This document shows positions 20,135 to 28,569 of a DNA stretch of 64,000 nt, piece after piece. The position numbers and the translations under genes were made by a program. Within the stretch, counting starts at the first letter, position 1. The number at the start of each line of letters is the position of its first letter. The stretch is from Candidatus Latescibacterota bacterium (GTDB taxonomy: Bacteria; Latescibacterota; UBA2968; GCA-2709665). The DNA lies in contig CBDDDZ010000005.1 of NCBI GenBank assembly GCA_965226795.1, positions 2,560,001-2,624,000 on the forward strand, written 5' to 3'. The notes under the pieces were generated by a model. It did no database searches. It saw only the letters and a program-made list of their open reading frames with translations, and was not told the DNA's origin.

Positions 20135-21115
20135 TCAGGGTTCGTTGACCGCCTGCAACAACGCGTGGATGTACCCGTACGTATAGGCGAAAGCGACCTG
20201 AGCAGGTTCCTCCCCCGAAATACCGGGGACGTGATCCGGCATGATCATATACTCGTAACCGACCTCTTTGAACGTCCGCAGCGCTCTGAGCATGTTAACA
20301 TCCCCTTCGTCGGGAAATACCTCCACGAAGTCCCTGAATCCACCCCTTATATTTCGAAAATGCAGGTTGAAGATCTTTTTGCGCCGGCCGAACCAGCGGA
20401 TAATTTCGTAGATATCTTCACCCGGATTTTCGAGGCTTTCGGATATCGTGCCAAGACAGAAATTAAGCCCGTTGTAGGGGCTGTCGTATAATTCAACGAA
20501 CTTCTTGAGCCCATCCACCATGCCCATCACACGGGCTACGCCCCGGTACGTGCGATCCCCTATACCCGGGTCAGACGGATGGCAGGCCATCTGAATACGG
20601 TACTCTTCGGCCACCGGCATAACGCGTCCGAGCCAGTAGTCGATGCGTCCCCACATGGTATCGGCATCGGCCGCCCCGCCTTCGAATTCTCCAAGCGACT
20701 GGTCCAGTTTCTTGTATTCAAAAGAGGACAACCGCGCCCCGCCGCGACCGTATCGGGATTCGGTCCGGAGGTGGCCCAGAATGGTAATATTGTAATTGAG
20801 ACCGCGAAGCCCCGCCCTGGACGCCATCCGGACGATATCGCACAGCCGGTCGATCTGCCGATCCCGTTCATCGCTCGGCCCCAGAAACACGGCACCCGCC
20901 GGGTTCCTGAAGGCAGAGCCTGACCCGAGTGGAATGTGAATCATCTCGAGATTGATGCCGTACCGGTCGAATCGTTCGCGCATTCGGATCAGCATTTCCG
21001 CCGTCCATTCGGTCCATTGCGCCGTTGGCATCTGGTCCACGTTGTACACGCCCAGCTGCGAAAGGACCTTTATATCGGTTTCATCGCGACATCCGACCTG
21101 GGTTCCTATGTACAT
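20135..21115 (-). CDS. uxuA: Mannonate dehydratase family protein
   Basis: PVAEE, ACHPSDP, NGLNFCLG, HFRN, EGDVNM and MPDHVP motifs. Confidence 0.85.
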   Translation of the reverse strand: MYIGTQVGCRDETDIKVLSQLGVYNVDQMPTAQWTEWTAEMLIRMRERFDRYGINLEMIHIPLGSGSAFRNPAGAVFLGPSDERDRQIDRLCDIVRMASRAGLRGLNYNITILGHLRTESRYGRGGARLSSFEYKKLDQSLGEFEGGAADADTMWGRIDYWLGRVMPVAEEYRIQMACHPSDPGIGDRTYRGVARVMGMVDGLKKFVELYDSPYNGLNFCLGTISESLENPGEDIYEIIRWFGRRKKIFNLHFRNIRGGFRDFVEVFPDEGDVNMLRALRTFKEVGYEYMIMPDHVPGISGEEPAQVAFAYTYGYIHALLQAVNEP

Positions 21116-21289
21116 GATACGTCCTTTCGGTTGATTTCAATTCACGGAAAAGGAACGACGACCTGAAAAGAAGGCGCCTGTTCTGTCCGGTTCGCCGTTT
21201 ACCGTCGGCGGACCAATTAACCCGGAATTCGGCGGACGGGCAAGGCAACCGGGAGATCATCGACAATCGGTGCCGTTGTTTCGTTGGGT

Positions 21290-22168
21290 TTACAGCTTAC
21301 CGATTGTGGGACGGGAGGGCAGCGCCATCGAAAACTGGGCTACGCTCTCCCATGGCGGTTTGAGTGCATGTCGAGAGGCCACCGGCTCGGGCTGACGGTA
21401 CCGCACATGCACCGTGTGCCTTGGACGCCGGGTGTGTCTGACGGATCCACAATGATAGCTGCAATTATTAAACACGACAGCCGTTCCCGCCCGCCCGTAT
21501 ATATCTACCCGACCCGTGCGGCGAGTCAGTTCGCGTCCGAAGGCGTCCACCCATGTCGGATTCTCCGGATCCACGTAGCTGACTTCGGCGTCGTCGATGC
21601 GCAGCCGGTCGACTGCACCCCAACCGCTGCTACCGGTGCGCGTTGTGGGCAGATTTCTCTTGGTATCGACGCTTTCCGGAATGACGCTAAAGCAGTGAGA
21701 TCGGGCGTCAACGTCGTCCAGATAAAATATCACCTGAAGTGCCGGCACAAAAAAGTCGTTCCGGTTGGCGCCTTCCACGTTTCCACTGTCTTCCCGGTGC
21801 CACACACGCGTGAGACACAGCGGATCGTCACCGTCCTGATCTTCGGGGGGCCGGACGTCACAGGGCTCGCGCCTGAGAAACGTCAGACCGGACATTTGCG
21901 CGCCCGGGCCGAGAATGCGCTTGGCGATGGGTGCGATTGAGGGATGGCAGGCCAGTCCGTCCAGAGCCTCGGTCCGCTGGAGGAGCTCGGGCGCATCGCA
22001 GCCCACGGATAGATGACCGGACGCGGCCGGAGCGGGCACCCAATATTGCGGGTGCGCGGCCCGATCTGCGGCGATTCCGTCGTTGACTTCGGCAACCTCT
22101 TCATCCGTCAGCGCGTCGCGCACGACAATGTAACCGTTTTTTACGAAGAACCTGATCATTTCCTCCAT
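21290..22168 (-). CDS. Phytanoyl-CoA dioxygenase (PhyH) family Fe(II)/2-OG protein
   Basis: FFVKNGYIVV, WHRE, YLDDV, VIPES and distal YHCG. Confidence 0.8.
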   Translation of the reverse strand: MEEMIRFFVKNGYIVVRDALTDEEVAEVNDGIAADRAAHPQYWVPAPAASGHLSVGCDAPELLQRTEALDGLACHPSIAPIAKRILGPGAQMSGLTFLRREPCDVRPPEDQDGDDPLCLTRVWHREDSGNVEGANRNDFFVPALQVIFYLDDVDARSHCFSVIPESVDTKRNLPTTRTGSSGWGAVDRLRIDDAEVSYVDPENPTWVDAFGRELTRRTGRVDIYGRAGTAVVFNNCSYHCGSVRHTRRPRHTVHVRYRQPEPVASRHALKPPWESVAQFSMALPSRPTIGKL

Positions 22169-22549
22169 GGGCGCTCTTCCTTTCTGTTATCCGTTCGTCC
22201 GCGTGAATCTCAGACCTCGCTCCAGCGCGTCTGATCCGATCATACCGCCGAATCTGAGGACGCGCGAACCGGTTTTGGCTGGTTGTCGCCCCGGACATCG
22301 ACGGCTTCGGTCCGCCTTTCCTCAAGCAATGAATAGATAGCAATGAAAGGCCATAAGTCAAGGTAAAAACTGCCGTAACCCTTGCTATGCGCAAGGGGGT
22401 TGCAGGACGCGAAGGCGATGGATATATTATACGAGATTTCATCGCTACGAAGCCGAATTTTCAATCTCACAGACCCTATGGATAGAAAATAGCAAATTGC
22501 GCCGGTACGCCACGCTCCGATCGCCGGAACCCGCAAGAAAGGACCCCCG

Positions 22550-24112
22550 ATGTCCAAACTCCCGGACGTTAACACAACCGATATCGCGGACGCCATCCGC
22601 CTAGGCTGCCGCACCATGTGCAGCGTGTTCAATGCCGACGACAACAACGTCCCCTTCTTCAGTTCCAGGGTGCTCCCGGAAGCCCGGTTGAGCTTCAGTT
22701 CCGTGCACTCCGAATCCCATGTTCCGGGGCGACACCTGAACGCCCTGCTCAACGCCGAAGACGCAATCGGCATCGAACTGGATGAACGCTGCGTCGACAA
22801 CCATGCCAATGCAGCCTTTCTTGCGTACAGCGGTCCGGTTGCCTTGCCGATCAACCGGGACTCCGTTGACGGGCCGCCGGTTAATTTCACACCGCACAAC
22901 TGCCGGGAAGGATTTCACGCGCTGTACCCGCTGGTCCGATTCCGGCATTCCGAACGCGCCCGGGAGATCGCCAAAGCCAGTATCCGGTCGATTCCGAAGT
23001 ACTGGAGTCCAGAAACCGGTTGGGATTACAATTACCTGGAAGGGGAACTCGGACTCCGGGTTCGTCGCTGCACCTTTATCGTGGGGCTCGGTCGATCCAT
23101 CGGCCCGCTGGTCAAGTACTATAAAGCAACGGGATACGGTCCCGCACTCGACCTGGCCATCGTCCTCAAGGACAAGGCGCTGGGGTTTTTCAACGACAGC
23201 GGCGACTACAACCGCGAGACCTTCGGGTCGCATACGCACTCCACCACATGCGTGATGTCGTCACTCGCCCAATTCGCCGAAGTGACGTCCGACGCCGATC
23301 TGATGAGCCGCGTGAAAGCCTTCTACGACAACGGCCTCCGGGAATTCAGCGATCCGCTCGGTTGGGTCATCGAAAACAGCGGGGACGATGCGCCTGCCGA
23401 CCGGGGAGAAATCAACAACTCCGGTGACATTCTCGAAACCGCCCTGATCCTCGGCCGCTGGGGATATCCTGAGTATTACGGCGACGCCGAACGCATCCTG
23501 CGGTGCCATATCCTGCCTTCCCAACTGCGCGACACATCCTTTATCAATGATCCACCCAACCCCGAATGCGAAGACGGCAAACGGGCCGTCGCCGACCGCC
23601 ACCTCGGCGCCTTCGGCTTTCCAGCCCCTTACGGTCACCATCCGATCGACACGGATTTCATCAGCTTCAACATGGATATCGTGGGGGGCGGGGTGGCCTC
23701 ACTCTGCGAGGCTTACCGGGAAATCGTCCGTACCGACGGCGCCGGCCACCGGGTCAATCTGCTCTTCGACCACGAAACGCCAGACCTGAGGATCGAATCA
23801 CCCTACACCCATCCGGCGCTGCGCGTCCGAGTAAAACGCGCGGGGCCGCTGTTCGTGCGTATCCCCGACTGGGTGGAAGCGTCACAAATCCGCACCCGCG
23901 GCGCGTGCGAAAAGCCGCGCCACACCAACGGCTATCTCTACGTGGCCCGGCCCCCGCTCAACCGTCCGATCACATTCGAGTTCCCACTCGTCGAACGGGA
24001 AATCGTCCTGGACCACCGAACCCGTCAGATCCGCACAAGCCTGCGGGGAGACGAAGTGGTGGCTATGGACAACTTTGGTGCGGATCTGACATTCTTCGAT
24101 CCGTACGAGTAA
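22550..24112 (+). CDS. GH127 (beta-L-arabinofuranosidase)-like fold protein
   Basis: 520 aa; HTHS motif, GEINNSGD, C-terminal LFVRIPDWV beta-sandwich. Lacks the CC motif of canonical GH127. Confidence 0.55.
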   Translation: MSKLPDVNTTDIADAIRLGCRTMCSVFNADDNNVPFFSSRVLPEARLSFSSVHSESHVPGRHLNALLNAEDAIGIELDERCVDNHANAAFLAYSGPVALPINRDSVDGPPVNFTPHNCREGFHALYPLVRFRHSERAREIAKASIRSIPKYWSPETGWDYNYLEGELGLRVRRCTFIVGLGRSIGPLVKYYKATGYGPALDLAIVLKDKALGFFNDSGDYNRETFGSHTHSTTCVMSSLAQFAEVTSDADLMSRVKAFYDNGLREFSDPLGWVIENSGDDAPADRGEINNSGDILETALILGRWGYPEYYGDAERILRCHILPSQLRDTSFINDPPNPECEDGKRAVADRHLGAFGFPAPYGHHPIDTDFISFNMDIVGGGVASLCEAYREIVRTDGAGHRVNLLFDHETPDLRIESPYTHPALRVRVKRAGPLFVRIPDWVEASQIRTRGACEKPRHTNGYLYVARPPLNRPITFEFPLVEREIVLDHRTRQIRTSLRGDEVVAMDNFGADLTFFDPYE

Positions 24113-24202
24113 TCCCACCGCGCCATCGACGAAACCGCTTTCTTTGTGACAGCACCGTCCTGGAAAGCAGGGACAGATTCGAGCCACGGAAAGGAGTACG
24201 GT

Positions 24203-25297
24203 TTGAAGATTACCCGCATAGAGGCCACCCCGATCCGCGTACCTCGCCCGCAAACCTTTACCAGCAGTCTTGGGCGCAGCCAGGAAACGGAAAACGCGAT
24301 TGTCGAAATCCAGACCGATGAGGGCATTACCGGGATTGGCGAAATCTGCAGCATCTGGGACCGCAAGGGCCGGGGTCAGGCCGAAGATATCAACGATCTG
24401 CTTGCAGAAGCCCTTTCGGGCCGGGATCCTTTCCGTATTGCAGAAACTCACGCCCTGATGAACAGCCTGCTCCACCGCTCCGAACCGGCGAAAGCCGGCG
24501 TGGATATGGCCCTCTACGACATCGTTGGCAAGGCACTTAACACGCCGGTTTACAACCTGCTGGGCGGGCTGGTCCGGGACCGCGTTCTGCTCAGCCATTC
24601 GCTTTCCATGGGCGAACCGGATCAGGTCTCCGAACAGGCCGCCTCTCTCGCGACCCAGGGATACAAGACGCTCAAGGCAAAAATCGGCATGGATCAGGAA
24701 GCCGATCTTGCCACGGTAAAGGCCATCCGTGAACGTGTGGGAAACGACGTCGTACTGCGTGTGGACGCCAACATGGGCTGGCGCAACGCCAAAGAGGCCG
24801 TGCGCAATATCAAATCCCTCGAACCCTACCGGCTCGAACTGGTGGAACAACCTCTTCACTTCAGCGATCTGGAGGGTTTGCGGCACATCCGGGATCACGT
24901 AGACACACCCATTATGGCCGACGAGAGTGTCTGGACGCCCACCGACGCGATGGCCTGCATCAAGGCCGGGGCGGTGGACGTCTTCAATGTCTATGTGGCC
25001 GAAGCCGGGGGTATCTATCCCGCGGCGCAGATCTTCGCCATTGCCGAAGCCACCCGGTTACCCTGCATCATTGGCAGCATGCCTGAACTCGGCATCGGGA
25101 CGTCTGCACAAGCCCACCTCGCCTTTGCCATGCGAAACCTGGGCTATGCCAGCGACGTCAACGGCTTTGTCTATCACGCGGATGACGTCATCGTCGAAAC
25201 CCTGAATATAGAGGACGGTCATCTTCTGCCGCCCCCCGGACCGGGGCTGGGCGTGAGCCTGGACCGGGACAAAATCGACAGGTATCGCATCGCGTGA
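24203..25297 (+). CDS. Mandelate racemase/muconate lactonizing enzyme (enolase superfamily) protein
   Basis: AAGGAG RBS before TTG; GIGE, KAKIG, DAN, EQP, ADES and PGLGV motifs. Confidence 0.9.
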   Translation: MKITRIEATPIRVPRPQTFTSSLGRSQETENAIVEIQTDEGITGIGEICSIWDRKGRGQAEDINDLLAEALSGRDPFRIAETHALMNSLLHRSEPAKAGVDMALYDIVGKALNTPVYNLLGGLVRDRVLLSHSLSMGEPDQVSEQAASLATQGYKTLKAKIGMDQEADLATVKAIRERVGNDVVLRVDANMGWRNAKEAVRNIKSLEPYRLELVEQPLHFSDLEGLRHIRDHVDTPIMADESVWTPTDAMACIKAGAVDVFNVYVAEAGGIYPAAQIFAIAEATRLPCIIGSMPELGIGTSAQAHLAFAMRNLGYASDVNGFVYHADDVIVETLNIEDGHLLPPPGPGLGVSLDRDKIDRYRIA

Positions 25298-25346
25298 ACC
25301 CTCTCCCGGGACTCCGCATTCCACCTATTGACCACTGGAGCGCAAC

Positions 25347-26681
25347 ATGACCACCGCCAGAGCAGGTTGGGCGGAAGTTGAAACCACGCCACCACTCGGG
25401 TTGCCTATGGGAGGACGCGGCCCTCGCTTTACACCTGGCGGGAACATCCTCGATCCGCTCTGCGCACAGGCCACGGTACTGGAAGACCCCGAGGATAAGC
25501 GGACACTCTGGATTTCCGTCGACCTCGTTGGACTCTCGCCGATTGTCGCGGAACCTCTCCGTTACGACCTCTCCGCACTCACCGGTATTCCCATCGAGGC
25601 CGTTATTCTCAATTTCTCGCACACCCACAGCGGCCCCATGGGCGGCTTTGAAGGTTATGCCACGACTTTACCAAAACCGCGCGAACTCCACGCGTATGAC
25701 GGGATGTTGTGCCGAAACATCGTCCGCGTTGCGCTCGAAGCCGTGGAAAACCTTCAACCGGTCAGGGTAACCGAACACCGCGGCGCGTCGGTGGTTGGCA
25801 TCAACCGCCGCAGGAAAGACCCATCCGGAGAAATTGTGATGGGTCCCAACCCGGATGGCGCACACAACCCGGACCTGTGGCTGATCGACGTTTCAGCGAC
25901 GGAAAGCGACGACCGGTGTGTGGTTTTCAACTACGGTTGCCATCCGGTCATTGTCTACGGTTACGCCTGGGACGGCATCTCCGCCGACTATCCCGGTGTT
26001 TGCCGCAAAACCCTGCGGTCGATACTCGGCGCCAACACCCATTGCCAGTTCATTCAGGGGTTTGCGGGCAACATCCGACCCCGCGTTCTGGCCGACCTGG
26101 ATCGGGCAAGGTTTCGCGAATCCACGCCCGCCGACACGCTGGCTGCCGGAACGGAACTCGCAAGCGATATTGTCGGTGCACTCCGCAACAAAGGCACAAG
26201 GTTGGACCTCGACATCACGGCAGTTCAGGGACGTTTCCTTGCCCCGAGAGACCAGAGGAAAATACCGCCTGTGGACCACTGGCGGTCACTATTGAATGCG
26301 GAAGACGAACTCAGCCGGAATCTGGGCGGATATTGGATCGAGCGGCTCGAGAGTGGCGTTCCACCGGTAAAGGCGGTACCCTGGCCCGTTGGTCTGATAC
26401 GTCTCGCCGAAGGGCGCCGGATCGCCTGGATTGCGGGCGAAGTTCTCGCCGAATGGCTTGATCTCGTGAGAGCTTGGATTAACGACCCGAACCTGATCGC
26501 CTGGGGTTACTGCCAGGAAGGACGCGGTTACCTTCCCACCGACGAACTTCTGCCGGAAGGGGGTTATGAAGTTGACCGCGCCAACACCTACACCACCACC
26601 GGCCCGGGGCCCTTCGCGGAAGGCCTCAATGCGTCGGCTCGGCAGACCTTTCAGTCGCTTGTCCGTCAACTCCAGGTTTGA
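25347..26681 (+). CDS. Neutral/alkaline ceramidase N-terminal-fold amidohydrolase
   Basis: TPPLG, SHTHSGP, NRR, NYGCHP, SADYPG, GYLPT and GGYE motifs. Confidence 0.8.
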   Translation: MTTARAGWAEVETTPPLGLPMGGRGPRFTPGGNILDPLCAQATVLEDPEDKRTLWISVDLVGLSPIVAEPLRYDLSALTGIPIEAVILNFSHTHSGPMGGFEGYATTLPKPRELHAYDGMLCRNIVRVALEAVENLQPVRVTEHRGASVVGINRRRKDPSGEIVMGPNPDGAHNPDLWLIDVSATESDDRCVVFNYGCHPVIVYGYAWDGISADYPGVCRKTLRSILGANTHCQFIQGFAGNIRPRVLADLDRARFRESTPADTLAAGTELASDIVGALRNKGTRLDLDITAVQGRFLAPRDQRKIPPVDHWRSLLNAEDELSRNLGGYWIERLESGVPPVKAVPWPVGLIRLAEGRRIAWIAGEVLAEWLDLVRAWINDPNLIAWGYCQEGRGYLPTDELLPEGGYEVDRANTYTTTGPGPFAEGLNASARQTFQSLVRQLQV

Positions 26682-26761
26682 CTTTCCGCCCCGCCTGCGC
26701 TCCGGCGTGCCTGCGGCGCCAGTCAGCGCGATAGCCGCATTCTAATTACAGCGTCGTCAAC

Positions 26762-28459
26762 ATGCCCGATAATTGGCGAAATAAAGCTGGTGCACCCTTT
26801 GAAGTTCAAAAACAGCCGGCATCCGGATCGCGCGGCGTGGTTGCCGCCAACCACCCGATCGGCTCCGCCGCCGGCGCGCAGATGTTCGCTCTGGGAGGGA
26901 ACGCCATTGACGCCGCGGTGGCCGCACTCTTCGCCCTCAACGTGGTCGAGCCTCAGATGGTGGGTCTCCTGGGCGCGGGTTGGATCAACATTCGCCTTGC
27001 CGACGGCACGCCCGTCATCCTCGACGCCTACGCCTGCGCACCCGCCGCGGCGACGCCCGACATGTATACGCCTGTTTCCGACACATGGCCGGATTACATG
27101 CGGGCCGAAAACGACGCCAACAAAATCGGCCCGCTGGCCACCGGTGTTCCAGGCGCGCTGGAGGGATGGTGCGAGGCGCTCAAAGGTTGGGGTGTCCTGG
27201 ACCTGAAGACCGTGCTTCAGCCCGCCATCCAGGTTGCCGAAAGCGGGTTTCCCGTTAGCCGTTACCTAGCCGACTCCGTGGCACAGAATGAGCCGCTCCT
27301 CAGTAGATTTCCTGAAACAGCCCGCATATTTCTGCCCGGAGGGCGCCCGTTAGAACCCGGCATCCGCCTTGTTCAACGCGACCTGGCGGCCTCCCTGCGC
27401 GACATCGCAGATGGAGGGCCGGACGTACTCTACAACGGCCCACTGGGACAGACGATCGTCGACCACGTCCAGCGTTGCGGCGGCATGCTCTCCATGGATG
27501 ATCTGGGCGCCTATCGCGCCGTCCGGCGGAGAGCGATCAGGGGAACATACCGTGGATATGAGCTCATTGTACCGTCTCCTCCCTGCTCCGGTGGCGTACA
27601 CATTCTTCAGATCCTCAATCTTCTCGAGGGATTCAACATTGCCAACCTCGGGTTTGGCACCGCGGACGGCATTCACGTCCTCGCCGAATGCTTTAAGGTC
27701 GCCTTTGCCGACCGTACGAAATATATGGGCGACCCGGAACAGATAGACGTGCCCGTAGACTGGCTGGTATCGAAAACCTACGCTGAACAAAGACACACAG
27801 ATATCGACCTGACAGAAGCGACCTTCCCGGACGCCGGCATTCCGCCGGTCTCCGAATCCGTGTGTACCACCCATGTGACCACCGCAGATGCGGCCGGCAA
27901 CATGGCCGCCATGACCCAGACCATCAACGAAGGATTCGGCTGTAAGGTCGTTGCCCCGGGGACGGGCCTCCTCCTGAATAACAATATGGCCCTCTTCGAC
28001 CCCCACCCCGGTATGGCCAACTCAGTCGGATCCAACCGGCGTATGCTCAGCAGCAACGCGCCTACAATTGTAACCAGAAACGGCGACCCCCATATCGCAC
28101 TGGGCACCCCCGGCGGTGTACGTATCTTTCCCGCCGTACTGCAGGCCCTGGTCAACCTCATCGACCACGGAATGACCCTGCAGGAAGCCGTGGAAGCACC
28201 CAGAGTCTGGACCCAGGGCCAGGAACTGGAAGTCGAACCCGCGATCCCGCAGACCGTAAGAACCCGGCTCATTCGACGCGGTCACGACATTCGCGAGGTA
28301 AACACGGTGGCGGGCGGGATGAACGGCATCGTCTACGATCACGGCACCGGGATCATCACGGGCGCCGCGTGCTGGCGCGCCGACGGGTCTCCCGTTGCCG
28401 TTTCGGGTGGCCCGGCGCGCCCCGGGATCAGGTTCAGACCCGACGCCGGCAGCACGTAG
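26762..28459 (+). CDS. ggt: Gamma-glutamyltransferase family protein
   Basis: GGNAIDAAVA, GVPG, catalytic TTH, LNN and GTPGG motifs; no signal peptide. Confidence 0.92.
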   Translation: MPDNWRNKAGAPFEVQKQPASGSRGVVAANHPIGSAAGAQMFALGGNAIDAAVAALFALNVVEPQMVGLLGAGWINIRLADGTPVILDAYACAPAAATPDMYTPVSDTWPDYMRAENDANKIGPLATGVPGALEGWCEALKGWGVLDLKTVLQPAIQVAESGFPVSRYLADSVAQNEPLLSRFPETARIFLPGGRPLEPGIRLVQRDLAASLRDIADGGPDVLYNGPLGQTIVDHVQRCGGMLSMDDLGAYRAVRRRAIRGTYRGYELIVPSPPCSGGVHILQILNLLEGFNIANLGFGTADGIHVLAECFKVAFADRTKYMGDPEQIDVPVDWLVSKTYAEQRHTDIDLTEATFPDAGIPPVSESVCTTHVTTADAAGNMAAMTQTINEGFGCKVVAPGTGLLLNNNMALFDPHPGMANSVGSNRRMLSSNAPTIVTRNGDPHIALGTPGGVRIFPAVLQALVNLIDHGMTLQEAVEAPRVWTQGQELEVEPAIPQTVRTRLIRRGHDIREVNTVAGGMNGIVYDHGTGIITGAACWRADGSPVAVSGGPARPGIRFRPDAGST

Positions 28460-28569
28460 CGTAGAAGGATGTCACGAGCACCTGCTCCGTACCGCGCAAG
28501 GGCCGCGAAGCTTCCCACTACAGTATCGGGATATTCAGTCCTGTAATAACACAATAGAGGGATATTTGC

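Noticed and set aside
22326..22410. GCAATGAA direct repeat and CCTTGC/GCAAGG hairpin in a divergent intergenic region
   Set aside because: Too short to distinguish from chance, and no cognate regulator nearby.
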